A stretch of DNA of 64,000 nt from Alphaproteobacteria bacterium (GCA_017403085.1 JAFQOQ010000006.1:832-64831); one strand, 5' to 3'. Positions 8,471-18,299 are shown, counted from the stretch's first letter. A program made the numbers and translations. Notes: generated from the sequence alone by a model not told the origin.

Positions 8471-9166
8471 TTTTGATGTGAAATATTTTTCTTTGTGTTC
8501 TTTGGATACCATATACATCTGTTCAAATAATTTTTCCGCAGCATCCATTGTTGTTGGGGCGCCATTTGTTGGTGTATTGTAATCTGCGCCATTTAATACG
8601 ATTAAGCGTAATTCAGGGCTGCATTCGATAAAATATCTGGCACTGTCGTAATATTTTCCATAACAGCGACCATTTTGAACCGCAACATATCCATTTTCGG
8701 CCAATTGTGTGCATGTTGGCTGGGCGCCATATGTTATTTCACCATATTCTAATACTTCGTCTGCATCGTCCAGGATGCCATTGCACCAAACATTTACGTA
8801 ATTGCCATTAACAGATGCCAAAGATCCATCGGCGGTTGTTTTGCGACGACCAAAACAATCGCCATCAACACCAATTAAATCTGTGTCATAATCAGAACTG
8901 ATGCCGATGTTGCGTGATATATCACTGCGACTGACCGCGGTTGGTTCTGTGCCAGTGGGTTTTAGTGCCTGGGGACAGATTAATTTCATTCCCCAACATT
9001 TATCGTCGGCGTCCCACATTTCTGTATCGAATCCTGCGCCCATCCCAGCATAACAATCGGTTGGATTCAGACGACAAATTGTCGGCTGTTCCCACCATGG
9101 TGTGGCGGCATGTGCCATATTTACACACATTAAAGATAATACAGAAATGGTAAATATTTTTTTCAT
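8468..9166 (-). CDS. small secreted Cys-rich protein (different Cys pattern from the large family)
   Basis: ATG at 9166 gives the signal MKKIFTISVLSLMCVNMAHA. The track ORF start at 9409 overlaps the upstream gene. The mature part has 10 Cys (ICRLNPTDCYAGMG...DKCWGMKLICPQ). Confidence 0.7.
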   Translation of the reverse strand: MKKIFTISVLSLMCVNMAHAATPWWEQPTICRLNPTDCYAGMGAGFDTEMWDADDKCWGMKLICPQALKPTGTEPTAVSRSDISRNIGISSDYDTDLIGVDGDCFGRRKTTADGSLASVNGNYVNVWCNGILDDADEVLEYGEITYGAQPTCTQLAENGYVAVQNGRCYGKYYDSARYFIECSPELRLIVLNGADYNTPTNGAPTTMDAAEKLFEQMYMVSKEHKEKYFTSK

Positions 9167-9227
9167 GGTTCTCTCTTGTTTCTTGCATTGTATCAGAATT
9201 TCGTTGGTACTGCAAGTTATGGGTTTG

Positions 9228-11651
9228 TTATTCCGTAGTTTGGGTTGTGTCGGTTGTTTCTTCGGTGGTTGTGTCTGTTGAAGGCGTTGTTGTAGTGTCT
9301 GTGTCATCTTCGATGGTGGCGCAGAATCCCCATTGTGTATTCGCAGATGTATCTGAATAGAATTTTTTGTGTGGGGTATATGCGTTGCTGTCTTCGCGCA
9401 CAGAATCAAACCACATGCCGCCCAGTCGGTCGCATTCTGCAGCCAGACTTTTTTTCATATCAACGCGAATTGTATCCATAACAACATTTATATCTTGTAA
9501 TACAGATGCCGGCAATTGTTCTGTTGATTTTGATGGACGGACACAGGCCTGTAATGCATATCGGGCCATCTTGTGATATAGACTGCCGATGTAATCGGTG
9601 CCACATGTATCGCCAAAGGAGTCTGTTTCATTGCCGGGTAAAGCGGGCAGACTGGTGTTACCTTGGCATATGTAGCCATCTGGGCATGGCAAACACGCGT
9701 TGCCGACAGACGGTGTTGTAGTTGGTTGGCCCGTTGAATCAACCATGTAATGTCCATAATTGCATCCGGTGTATGTTTTAAGGGCATAGCAAATGAAACC
9801 GCTTGCAGGGAATTCGCTCTTTTCGGCAATTTGGGAGTATGTTTGTGTTGCGGCAGATTCATTGCTGGTTAATTGATTGCATAAGCGATTGCTGGCGTAT
9901 TTCTTTTCACCAGGGGAATATACGCGACATGCAAATGGGTATGCGTGCAGGGTGTCCGTGCTGGGGACGGCGCACAAATCTTTGGCGTAATCTTTAAGTG
10001 TTGCTAAACATTCTTTTGCAATTTTTTGATCGGTGATATCGTTCATTGCGGTTATTAATTCTTGCATGCCATGTGTGCCACCACCGTACAGATTACTGCA
10101 TGCGTCCAGTTTTTCTTGACATAATTGTTCTGATAATTCCAGACGGGCACCCAATAATAATTGTTCTTTGACATTACTAAAGTCTTTTAGTGATTGGCTT
10201 TTTTCATCATAGCATGCATTTACAACGTCCAGACATTCGTTTTTTACCGTACGCACGCGTTCTTGTTGGCCTTGATATATTTCTGTGATGGCCTGGCGCA
10301 GGAATTCGTCCCATACTTCGTCAGAAATATCACGACATGTGTCCAGACTGGTCGCGGCAAAATTGCGTTTGCGGTTTAATTCTGCGACAATTGAATGATT
10401 GGTTTGATTGGATAACACATCGCCAGATAAAGATATTTGGTTTTCAAGTTGATAAAAACTGGCACTGTATATCGGTGCGCCGGTGTCGCGATTTAGATAT
10501 TTTCCGGTTATATCCAGGCAATGCACATAGTCTTCGCCACATGCCGTGTCTGCGGTTATATCGGCGCGCACCAATGCCACACAGTCGTTAATAGAAGATG
10601 AATTGTGGGCATTATAATTTTCAAGACGTGCCATTTGCATTGCGCGGTCGGTTTCACGAATTGTACTGTTGGCGGTTAATAATTGTTTGTTTAAATTGTT
10701 GATTAGTGCGGTGCAATCGCTTTCAATATACATCCCGTATGCAGATGTGACCATTTTTAATGTGCTGTCATTGGGACAACTGTCGATTACCAAGTCGGCG
10801 CATTGCGCATGAACCGCGTTGTACAAGGATTCGCCAGTCAGGTTTGCCAGGTTTGTACCACCAACCAGGCTGGATGTTGCCCAAATTGCGTTTATGTCGC
10901 CGGCGATATCAAGTGTGCCTTGGGTGGATAATGATTTGTTTTTTGTTTTGGATAATACATCGCTGATTCCTTGGAGTGCCTGGGTGCTGCTGGATTTGTC
11001 TTTGACAACAGACGCGGTCAGTTCGCCTTCGCTGGCGGATATCATTGCGCCTACCTCTTGGGCGGTTTTGTCAATTACAGATAGGTTCAGACTTTCAAAA
11101 TTCTGCAACTGATCAGATGTTTGGGCCAGGGCACGTTCGCGCGATTGTATGTCTGTTAATTTTGAAGAGCATATGCAACGGCGATATGTGTCGTTTGTAG
11201 TGGCGCAAAACTGATCCATGCATGTAAAATAAGCCTCGCGACAGGTGTTGTATCCAGAACCGAATGCATTGGTGGATACGTCGGTTGGTATTATGCCGGC
11301 GCGCGCACTGCTACGTTTTTTTTGGGTGGGTACATTGTTTGTAGCGCCGCGTGATAATGTGCGAATGTTTTGTGTGCCGGTGGTGGCGGTTCGTGCCTTG
11401 GTACCAATGGTGGCGCGCGCGGCGGATGTATTTAAACCTGGGCGTGATTGAGATGAAGTCGCGCGTGCAGTTATATTTGATTTTTGCGATGTTGTGCGCG
11501 CAGTTACGTTTTTGGTAGATATTGTTGTGCCAGAACGATTGTGCGTGTTTTGTTCATTTGTACGCGAAGGCGAATTGGCATGACGAACAGCCGCGTCGGC
11601 ATTGCCAACACTGACGCAAAACGCCATGACAAAAAGCAATAACTTTCTCAT
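9228..11651 (-). CDS. large secreted Cys-rich protein (family member A)
   Basis: 807 aa with the signal MRKLLLFVMAFCVSVGNADA and a ~115-aa R/S/T-rich leader. It carries CREAYFTCMDQFCATTNDTYRRCIC, later blocks LYNAVHAQCADLVIDSC and DCVALVRADITADTACGEDYVHCLD, and an acidic T/D/E tail. Confidence 0.85.
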   Translation of the reverse strand: MRKLLLFVMAFCVSVGNADAAVRHANSPSRTNEQNTHNRSGTTISTKNVTARTTSQKSNITARATSSQSRPGLNTSAARATIGTKARTATTGTQNIRTLSRGATNNVPTQKKRSSARAGIIPTDVSTNAFGSGYNTCREAYFTCMDQFCATTNDTYRRCICSSKLTDIQSRERALAQTSDQLQNFESLNLSVIDKTAQEVGAMISASEGELTASVVKDKSSSTQALQGISDVLSKTKNKSLSTQGTLDIAGDINAIWATSSLVGGTNLANLTGESLYNAVHAQCADLVIDSCPNDSTLKMVTSAYGMYIESDCTALINNLNKQLLTANSTIRETDRAMQMARLENYNAHNSSSINDCVALVRADITADTACGEDYVHCLDITGKYLNRDTGAPIYSASFYQLENQISLSGDVLSNQTNHSIVAELNRKRNFAATSLDTCRDISDEVWDEFLRQAITEIYQGQQERVRTVKNECLDVVNACYDEKSQSLKDFSNVKEQLLLGARLELSEQLCQEKLDACSNLYGGGTHGMQELITAMNDITDQKIAKECLATLKDYAKDLCAVPSTDTLHAYPFACRVYSPGEKKYASNRLCNQLTSNESAATQTYSQIAEKSEFPASGFICYALKTYTGCNYGHYMVDSTGQPTTTPSVGNACLPCPDGYICQGNTSLPALPGNETDSFGDTCGTDYIGSLYHKMARYALQACVRPSKSTEQLPASVLQDINVVMDTIRVDMKKSLAAECDRLGGMWFDSVREDSNAYTPHKKFYSDTSANTQWGFCATIEDDTDTTTTPSTDTTTEETTDTTQTTE

Positions 11652-11721
11652 CCTTTGATATATAGGTATATGTTATCAAAATATATGAAATTAAACAAGA
11701 AAAATACCAATATAAAACTAT

Positions 11722-11750
11722 AAAAAAATACCCCCGATATGGGGGTGGAA
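11722..11750 (-). terminator. intrinsic terminator of infA
   Basis: The minus strand reads ccaccccc-atatc-gggggt followed by a T run immediately after the infA stop. Confidence 0.65.
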
Positions 11751-11996
11751 TTAATTTGCATTTTCTGTTGTTGGACGGTTGCGCTCAACAAATGTGATGC
11801 GACCCTTGTCCAGGTCGTATGGTGTCATTTCAACGCGAACGCGTTCGCCGACATTAACCCAGATACGCGCCTTGCGCATTTTGCCGCACACTGTTGCCAA
11901 AATTTCGTGTCCGTTTTCCAGTTTTACACGGAACATTGTGTTTGGCAATTTGTCTTCGACAGTGCCACTGAAAACAATTACGTCATCTTTTGCCAT
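11751..11996 (-). CDS. infA: translation initiation factor IF-1
   Basis: [69 protein letters not shown] is a canonical IF-1 S1-like sequence. Confidence 0.95.
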   Translation of the reverse strand: MAKDDVIVFSGTVEDKLPNTMFRVKLENGHEILATVCGKMRKARIWVNVGERVRVEMTPYDLDKGRITFVERNRPTTENAN

Positions 11997-12136
11997 ATAT
12001 TATTCCTTAGAATTTTACTTAAAAATACGGGTAATATGATATTGTGTATTGCAAAAAAATGCAAGTTGTTTTTATTGGCTTGCGCTGGGGGCAAATGTTT
12101 GATAAAATTATGTATAATTTAGGTAGGGGGTATCCG

Positions 12137-14320
12137 GTGAAATTAAGAATTCTTGCAACATTATTGGTTTTGATTCCTGGGTTGGCATTTGCGGCAGATC
12201 GTGGTACTGCGCGTGCCGGTGTCGGGCGTGCATCACAGGCAGGTGCGCGGGCATCTGTGTCTGCAAAATCAATGCCGACGGCGGTTAAGTCATCGGCGGC
12301 ATCTGCACCTGTGGCCAGTGTGTCGGATGATGATGTGGATACGGGTGATGATTCGTCGGATGTAGATACGGATGGGGCAGAAACTGATACAACGTCGGTT
12401 GCGGCGACGTCTTCATCAGCAACAGCGGATAATGGAAATTGTCGTGATGCGTATCGTGCGTGTATGGATGAATTTTGTTTGTTGGATGAATCTGAGGGGT
12501 ATCGGTGTGCGTGCTCTGCAAATATTAATAAGTCAAAAAAACTGATTCAAGAAATTCAAAAAATTCAAGAAGAGGCGGATAAGTTATATACCGAAGGGGT
12601 AGAACGCGAACAGTTGGGCGCAAAGGCAAAGTTGGTTTTCGGTGAAAGTGAAGCGGCAAAGAAAAGTTCGCGCGCATCTGGGTTGAGTTTTGCACAATGG
12701 TTAAATAGCGATGCTGAAGATGAAGAAGCCTTGGATGCTGATATGGATATTGGTGATGGACTGTTTGCAATGGCGTCAGAATATTGCGAGGCGGAATTAG
12801 AAGCCTGTGGTGACAAGGCAGAAATGGAAGAATCTTTGTATTCGCGTCAGGTCGTTGCAGATTGTAAATCGTTTAGTTTGTATTTGGCAGATCAAAAATT
12901 AAATGCCGAAGCGAATAAACGTACCGCGGAATCTGCAGTGCGCAAGGCGCGTTTGGAAATGCTGGACACGACAAACAAGTATAATCGTGGTGAATGTTTG
13001 TTGGCATATCGTTCCTGTATTGCGGACAAGGGTGGATGTGGTTCTAATTTTGAAAATTGTTTAGATGCGGATTTGTTGGGACGTCGTGCAAATGCCTGTG
13101 AAAATGTGTTGGATCAGTGTATGGCTGTGCGCGAATATGTTTTGTCTGATTGGAAAGACGAATCGGAAAGTATCTTGGCAGATGCGGCAAAGTATGCCGA
13201 TAAGTATCGCCGTCAAACGTGTTTGGCCCAGATTCAGGTCTGTTTGGAAGACGGCTGTTCAACAGGGACTAATTCTGCATGTCTGACGGATGTTAATGTT
13301 GCGGCGGGTGTGTGTCCGATTATTGACGAATGTAATGAAATGATTCCTGGTATCAAAGAAGTGATTAACGGGAAATTGGGTTTCTTGCGTACGCAATTCT
13401 GTCAGAATGATATTGATAAGTGTTTGCGCGATAAATGTGGTGAAAACTTTAATGCGCCAGAATGTGTGGGTAAAAAAGCGTCTGAGATTGCGCAATTGTG
13501 TCCCCAGGATATGTATCCATCGTGCAAGAATGAAACGCAGTTTGATATAATTGTGCAATCTGCATTGTTACAGATGGATTATCAGATGTTGCAGGGGTGT
13601 TTGAATCACTTTAGCGAACAATTGGGCAAGGTTTGTGGAACAGATATGGCGTGCTTGCCACATGATGATATTGTGATGGGCCTGACCGAAGTGCCAGAAG
13701 AAGAAGAAATGGTCGAATTGCGCGTAAAGGTCCGCGAAAATTCAAAGTTGGCTGTTGAAGAATTCTTTAAGAAGTTTGAAGCAGATACAACTGTTGCGGC
13801 ATGTCAGGATGCGAAAAAGCCGGCGGGTCGTAAGAAACTGGGGACCAGCGTATTTAATACTGCAAAGTTAATTGCAGAAGTTGGGGCGGAAAATCGCGCA
13901 ATGCGTGAATTGGAAATGAAGATTGCGGAATTGTCGCGCAAGCAGGATTTAGAAGAGGCGGAAAAGAACTGCTATAAAACATACAAGGTCGAAGATATGA
14001 CCGAAGAAGAAAGAAAGAAAAAGAAGAATTATAGCTATATCCGCAGTGTGCGTTTTGAACCAGATTTGCGCAATTGTCACGTTTGCCGTATGCAACAGGT
14101 TTGCGAGGTTGGCGGTGAATCCAAGGCGACGTCTGCATTAAAGGCGGCGGCGGGTGGTCTGTCTGGCGGTGCGGCTGCGGGTACGATGGTGTCTGCAGGA
14201 TGGGGAACCGCGATTGGTGGTGTAATTGGTGCTGTTGGTGCAGGTATTTTGGGTGCCGCATCCGGTGGCAAAGAAGAATTCTGTCAGGAAATAGAATCTT
14301 GTGAAGACGTTAATATGTAA
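12137..14320 (+). CDS. large secreted Cys-rich protein (family member B) with C-terminal Gly-zipper
   Basis: A GTG at 12137 sits 7 nt after aggtaggggg and gives VKLRILATLLVLIPGLAFA; the track start at 12044 has no signal peptide. The protein carries CRDAYRACMDEFCLLDESEGYRCAC and ECLLAYRSCIADKGGCGSNFENCLD, then RNCHVC, then the tail AAAGGLSGGAAAGTMVSAGWGTAIGGVIGAVGAGILGAASGG. Confidence 0.85.
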   Translation: MKLRILATLLVLIPGLAFAADRGTARAGVGRASQAGARASVSAKSMPTAVKSSAASAPVASVSDDDVDTGDDSSDVDTDGAETDTTSVAATSSSATADNGNCRDAYRACMDEFCLLDESEGYRCACSANINKSKKLIQEIQKIQEEADKLYTEGVEREQLGAKAKLVFGESEAAKKSSRASGLSFAQWLNSDAEDEEALDADMDIGDGLFAMASEYCEAELEACGDKAEMEESLYSRQVVADCKSFSLYLADQKLNAEANKRTAESAVRKARLEMLDTTNKYNRGECLLAYRSCIADKGGCGSNFENCLDADLLGRRANACENVLDQCMAVREYVLSDWKDESESILADAAKYADKYRRQTCLAQIQVCLEDGCSTGTNSACLTDVNVAAGVCPIIDECNEMIPGIKEVINGKLGFLRTQFCQNDIDKCLRDKCGENFNAPECVGKKASEIAQLCPQDMYPSCKNETQFDIIVQSALLQMDYQMLQGCLNHFSEQLGKVCGTDMACLPHDDIVMGLTEVPEEEEMVELRVKVRENSKLAVEEFFKKFEADTTVAACQDAKKPAGRKKLGTSVFNTAKLIAEVGAENRAMRELEMKIAELSRKQDLEEAEKNCYKTYKVEDMTEEERKKKKNYSYIRSVRFEPDLRNCHVCRMQQVCEVGGESKATSALKAAAGGLSGGAAAGTMVSAGWGTAIGGVIGAVGAGILGAASGGKEEFCQEIESCEDVNM

Positions 14321-14354
14321 AAATTGGCATCATAACAGATCGTAGGAGAGAGAG

Positions 14355-16850
14355 ATGCATGTGAAAAAAATTTGGTTGATGATTGCTGTGATGTCGATGA
14401 TTGGCACATGTGGTACGACAGATGCACTTGCGGCGGCCAAGAAAAATGCGGGCAAGCAGGCGGCGATTCAAAAGGGCACAACGGTGCGTGCCAAGGTCGA
14501 GGCCAAGGGTCTGTATGATCAAGAATGTTATGATGCGTATTATGGATGTATGGACCAGTTTTGCATATCTGATAATGAAAGTGGTGGCAGTTGCGCGTGC
14601 AGTGACGCAATTGTTGGATATGAAAAACAATTAGCCGAAATTCAAGATATCTTGGTCGAGGCAGAACGTATCAGTACGGTCGAGGTTGAAAAGATTGAAG
14701 CAGGTGCCCAGGCGGATATTATATTTAATGGCGAACGTAAATATGATTCTGATGGGAATTTGTTAGGCGTTGATGAAGAATCAGAAGAAGATTCTAAAAA
14801 GAAAAAACGCGAAGCCATGATGGCAATGTGGGCTGGCGAAGACGAAGAAGAAGTGGAAGATTTCTGGGGCAGCAGCGAAGGAAATATTTCTGAAAAGATT
14901 GGTAATGAATTATACAAGGCGGCAGATGGGCTGTGTGTAGATCAGATGGACGAAGCGTGTGCTGGTGATATTCCGTTCCTGCGCCAGGTGTATTCACGTC
15001 AGATTACATCAGATTGCAAGGGATTAGAAAATAGTATTGCACAGAAAAAAGCACAGGCTGATGCAACCATGGCTGAGGCTGAGGCTGCGGTGCGTTCTGC
15101 ATTGAAAGATAGCTTTAACGAAGCAAATGAATATGACCGCGGTACATGCATGGTTGAATATAAGAAATGTATGCAGACCCAGGATGCGTGTGGCAAGGAT
15201 TGGGCAAATTGCGTGTCTGTGATTGCGGATGCAAATTTACAGGGCTTGTCAGAAGCGAAGGTTTTTGATGATAGTAAGGTAAATAATGCGGTTCAGAATG
15301 CGATTGATGCGGATGCGTATGGAATTGCGGCATCAACGTTGGATATTATGGATTCAAAACGTTATATTTGTGAAAAAGTTCTGAATAAATGTATCGCGGT
15401 TCGTGATATGGTTTGGTCAGATTTCTTGAGAGAGGCCGCCCCAACCATTAAATTAGCAGAACAAAAGGCAGAATCCAAGATGCGTCAGTCTTGCTTGACC
15501 GAGGTATCAAGCTGTATCCAGTCTGCGTGTAGAGATGATATCGAAGGCAAGGGTGTTGCAACGATGGATGCATGTTTGGCACGGCCTGATATGGCACGCA
15601 GTTTCTGTAAAATTGAAATCGAGAGATGCGAACGTATGGAACCTTTAATCTGGACGTATGTGACGGATAAATTGAAGGCGATGCGTGTTGATGCATGTAC
15701 GGAAGAAGTTAAAGAATGCTTTACCGCAGAAACGCGTTGTGGTGCAAACTTCCAAAATTGTATTGGTATGGATTATGATTATATCCATGATATCTGTCCA
15801 ATTGATACACTGGTCGTGTGCAAGGCGGATAAACCAAATTTTTCGATGGATGATTTGGATTCAATGCTGATGGGGTTGTATTTGAATATCGATAATTCTG
15901 CGTTGGATCGCTGTCAAGAATTGGTTGATGAACGTATGACAGAAATTTGTGGCAGCACAACAGATTGCAACAGATTTGCAGCGGACGATGTTATTGGTAC
16001 GGCGTCACTGCGTTCCCAGAAAGATGGCGCGACATATCGTATCACAGGTATGATTTCGTTTGGTTCTATTAAAATGGGTGATGCGTCAGGGTCGGTGTAT
16101 GATATGGTTAATGGTAAAAAAGTAAAGCTGGAGCCAGGACAAATCGCTGTTCAAGAATATATTGAACAGGTGCGCGAAAAGAATGCCGGTGTCCCAGGTG
16201 CCGATGGTATTATTGCATCTATCGAGGAAGAATTGAACAATATTGCCGGTACGATTAATCGTGCAGTTGAAATGATTGAACAAGATCCAGAAATTCAATT
16301 CTGTGTTCAGGGACGTGATTTGTCACAAATTACAGGCAAGAAAAATGACAAGACCGAGGCACGTTTTCCGAACTTGTTGAATGATGTAAAAATACAAATT
16401 GCGGTTGCTGCATTAAGAAAGGCCCAGGAAAACTATAATGCAAAGTGGAGTACTGAAGTTGCTGCTGCAACCAAGGATGCGTCGGCGGATTTGGCGCAGT
16501 ATATGTGTCAAAAGATTGCAGAAAACGCGGGCGAGGCCACGTCAAATGATAAAGAATCAAAGACCAAGCTATCAACACCATATGCGATTAGTTATGATAT
16601 TGGTACGGGATTGGATGTTTCGGATTTAAAGACGGGCGGCCATGGTACGTACGAAAACTATGCCAGCAATGGCAGCGGTATATCAAAGGACGTGACGTCT
16701 GTGTTTAGTCGTGCAACCAGAAATTGCCATGTCTGTACAACCGTTTCTTCACGCAGTTGTTCGTATAAGGGCGGTGGCTGGTTCAGTAGAAAGAAGTCTT
16801 CTTGTACGACAGAAACAAAAGATCCTGTTTGTGAAGATATTCAGATGTAA
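14355..16850 (+). CDS. large secreted Cys-rich protein (family member C)
   Basis: 831 aa. An SD (aggagagagag) precedes the ATG and the signal is MHVKKIWLMIAVMSMIGTCGTTDALA. It carries CYDAYYGCMDQFCISDNESGGSCAC, TCMVEYKKCMQTQDACGKDWANCVS and RNCHVC near the C-terminus. It starts 34 nt after member B. Confidence 0.9.
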   Translation: MHVKKIWLMIAVMSMIGTCGTTDALAAAKKNAGKQAAIQKGTTVRAKVEAKGLYDQECYDAYYGCMDQFCISDNESGGSCACSDAIVGYEKQLAEIQDILVEAERISTVEVEKIEAGAQADIIFNGERKYDSDGNLLGVDEESEEDSKKKKREAMMAMWAGEDEEEVEDFWGSSEGNISEKIGNELYKAADGLCVDQMDEACAGDIPFLRQVYSRQITSDCKGLENSIAQKKAQADATMAEAEAAVRSALKDSFNEANEYDRGTCMVEYKKCMQTQDACGKDWANCVSVIADANLQGLSEAKVFDDSKVNNAVQNAIDADAYGIAASTLDIMDSKRYICEKVLNKCIAVRDMVWSDFLREAAPTIKLAEQKAESKMRQSCLTEVSSCIQSACRDDIEGKGVATMDACLARPDMARSFCKIEIERCERMEPLIWTYVTDKLKAMRVDACTEEVKECFTAETRCGANFQNCIGMDYDYIHDICPIDTLVVCKADKPNFSMDDLDSMLMGLYLNIDNSALDRCQELVDERMTEICGSTTDCNRFAADDVIGTASLRSQKDGATYRITGMISFGSIKMGDASGSVYDMVNGKKVKLEPGQIAVQEYIEQVREKNAGVPGADGIIASIEEELNNIAGTINRAVEMIEQDPEIQFCVQGRDLSQITGKKNDKTEARFPNLLNDVKIQIAVAALRKAQENYNAKWSTEVAAATKDASADLAQYMCQKIAENAGEATSNDKESKTKLSTPYAISYDIGTGLDVSDLKTGGHGTYENYASNGSGISKDVTSVFSRATRNCHVCTTVSSRSCSYKGGGWFSRKKSSCTTETKDPVCEDIQM

Positions 16851-16854
16851 AATT

Positions 16855-16885
16855 AGCGCCCCAAATGGGGCGTTAATTTTTTTTA
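16855..16885 (+). terminator. intrinsic terminator
   Basis: agcgcccc-aaat-ggggcgtt hairpin followed by a T-rich run. Confidence 0.7.
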
Positions 16886-16953
16886 TTTATTCCTAGACAT
16901 TTTATGTGGTTGCTGTGATATAATCAGGGTATAAACTAACCAAGGGGGTTAAT

Positions 16954-17340
16954 ATGAAGAAAGTATCAATGGCGGTATTGATGTCGGTTTTGACATTTGG
17001 TGTGGCGTCTGCAAATTTTGAAGGCGGCGTGCCGGTGCCAACCCAGGTCGCAAATGCCAAAGGCGGTTTTGTCAGTGGCGCAGAAACAATTGTGACCGTT
17101 AAACAGGTTAATGAAATGCGCGATGATGTACATGTTGTTATGAAGGGCAATATCGTGCAACGTACGGGCGGTGATACATATCTGTTCGAAGATTCAACAG
17201 GTTCTATTACTGTTGAAATTGATGACGATGATTGGCGTGGCCAGACAATTACACCAACAGATACTGTTAAATTATATGGCGAAGTTGATCGCGGTATATT
17301 CAGTACAGAAGTTGATGTTGAATACGTTGAAAAATTGTAA
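16954..17340 (+). CDS. YgiW/YdeI-type periplasmic OB-fold (BOF) stress protein
   Basis: 128 aa with a signal peptide. GFVSGAETIVTVKQVNEMRDDVHVVMKGNIVQRTGGDTYLFEDSTGSITVEIDDDDW matches the family pattern (tv..a....dd..v.l.G.iv......d.Y.F.D.tG.i.veid...w). Confidence 0.65.
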   Translation: MKKVSMAVLMSVLTFGVASANFEGGVPVPTQVANAKGGFVSGAETIVTVKQVNEMRDDVHVVMKGNIVQRTGGDTYLFEDSTGSITVEIDDDDWRGQTITPTDTVKLYGEVDRGIFSTEVDVEYVEKL

Positions 17341-17344
17341 AAAT

Positions 17345-17370
17345 AAATCCGCCCATTGGGCGGATTTTTA
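17345..17370. terminator. bidirectional intrinsic terminator
   Basis: aaatccgccc-att-gggcggattt hairpin with flanking A and T runs, between convergent genes. Confidence 0.7.
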
Positions 17371-18069
17371 TTCGCGCCATATGACAGATGGAAATATTGC
17401 GTTTATGTGATTTCGTAGTTCGCTATCTATGAAAAATTGATTTCGTGATGCGTCGGTTGTTTTATTGTCATCCGATTCAAAGTGCGGTATATATTTTTGT
17501 ATTGCGATATTTTTGACGCCACGGTCGGACAAAATATTTGCGATTTCAATTAAATCATCTTTGGTTATGAAACGTGGGTCACATGTTATGCGAACCTCGA
17601 AATCTTTACCCGTTGCCAGCCAAATATCCAGGCTGCGAATCATGTTGTCGTATGCGATGTGCTGGCCGGTTAAATCTGGATATTTTTCACGTGTGGCTTT
17701 GAAATCAAGTCCAATCCAATCAATAACATTGGATGCACGTTTTAATGTTTCTGGATAGAATCCGTTTGTGTGCAATCCGATTTTAAACCCAAGTTCTCGA
17801 ACGCGTGACATATAATTTATTGTGGCGTCTGACTGCATCAATGCTTCGCCGCCAGAAAAAACAATGCCTTCTAGTTTGCCGACGCGACTGCGTAACCAAT
17901 CAAATATTTTTTCTGGGTCGTATTCACCGTCGCCAGTGCATAATAAATGGGGGTTGGAACAATATTCACATCGTAACGGACAACCAACCAAGAACAGCAC
18001 AGCGGCTAATTTCCCAGGGTAATCAATTGTTGTGAATGATACCAATCCCCCGATTTGAATTTCGCGCAT
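17368..18069 (-). CDS. nrdG: anaerobic ribonucleoside-triphosphate reductase activating protein (radical SAM)
   Basis: IGGLVSFTTIDYPGKLAAVLFLVGCPLRCEYCSNPHL carries the CxxxCxxC radical-SAM motif in NrdG context. The gene lies directly downstream of nrdD. Confidence 0.9.
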   Translation of the reverse strand: MREIQIGGLVSFTTIDYPGKLAAVLFLVGCPLRCEYCSNPHLLCTGDGEYDPEKIFDWLRSRVGKLEGIVFSGGEALMQSDATINYMSRVRELGFKIGLHTNGFYPETLKRASNVIDWIGLDFKATREKYPDLTGQHIAYDNMIRSLDIWLATGKDFEVRITCDPRFITKDDLIEIANILSDRGVKNIAIQKYIPHFESDDNKTTDASRNQFFIDSELRNHINAIFPSVIWRE

Positions 18070-18073
18070 GTTA

Positions 18074-18262
18074 TTATGCCGCTTTCTTCATAAGTTCGGA
18101 ATGGCGTTGGCCCGCAGACAGACAATTCGCTTCTGTAAATGTTTTACGTTCGCAGAATTCAGAATATTTACCAATGTTAAAATTGGAAACCGGTCTGATG
18201 AATCCCATAGAACGTGAAAAGCATTCGCATGGTGTTCTTTGTGCTTGTGTGTTTGTGGTCAT
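18074..18262 (-). CDS. 62-aa ORF carrying the class III RNR glycyl-radical loop (split-off NrdD C-terminus)
   Basis: MTTNTQAQRTPCECFSRSMGFIRPVSNFNIGKYSEFCERKTF... matches the NrdD C-terminal signature R-x-x-G-[YF]...N-x-GK-x-x-E-x-x-x-R. A GGGGAGGAAAGG SD lies 8 nt before the ATG at 18262. The stop is 4 nt before the nrdG ATG. The frame differs from nrdD. Confidence 0.6.
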   Translation of the reverse strand: MTTNTQAQRTPCECFSRSMGFIRPVSNFNIGKYSEFCERKTFTEANCLSAGQRHSELMKKAA

Positions 18263-18299
18263 AATCCTTTCCTCCCCTTTGCTGTTTTTTTTATGACGT

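Noticed and set aside
12044-12136. Upstream start of family member B as given in the ORF track
   Set aside because: The first 31 residues (MYCKKMQVVFIGLRWGQMFDKIMYNLGRGYP) precede the signal peptide. A GTG at 12137 with a G-rich SD gives a proper Sec leader like the paralogs.
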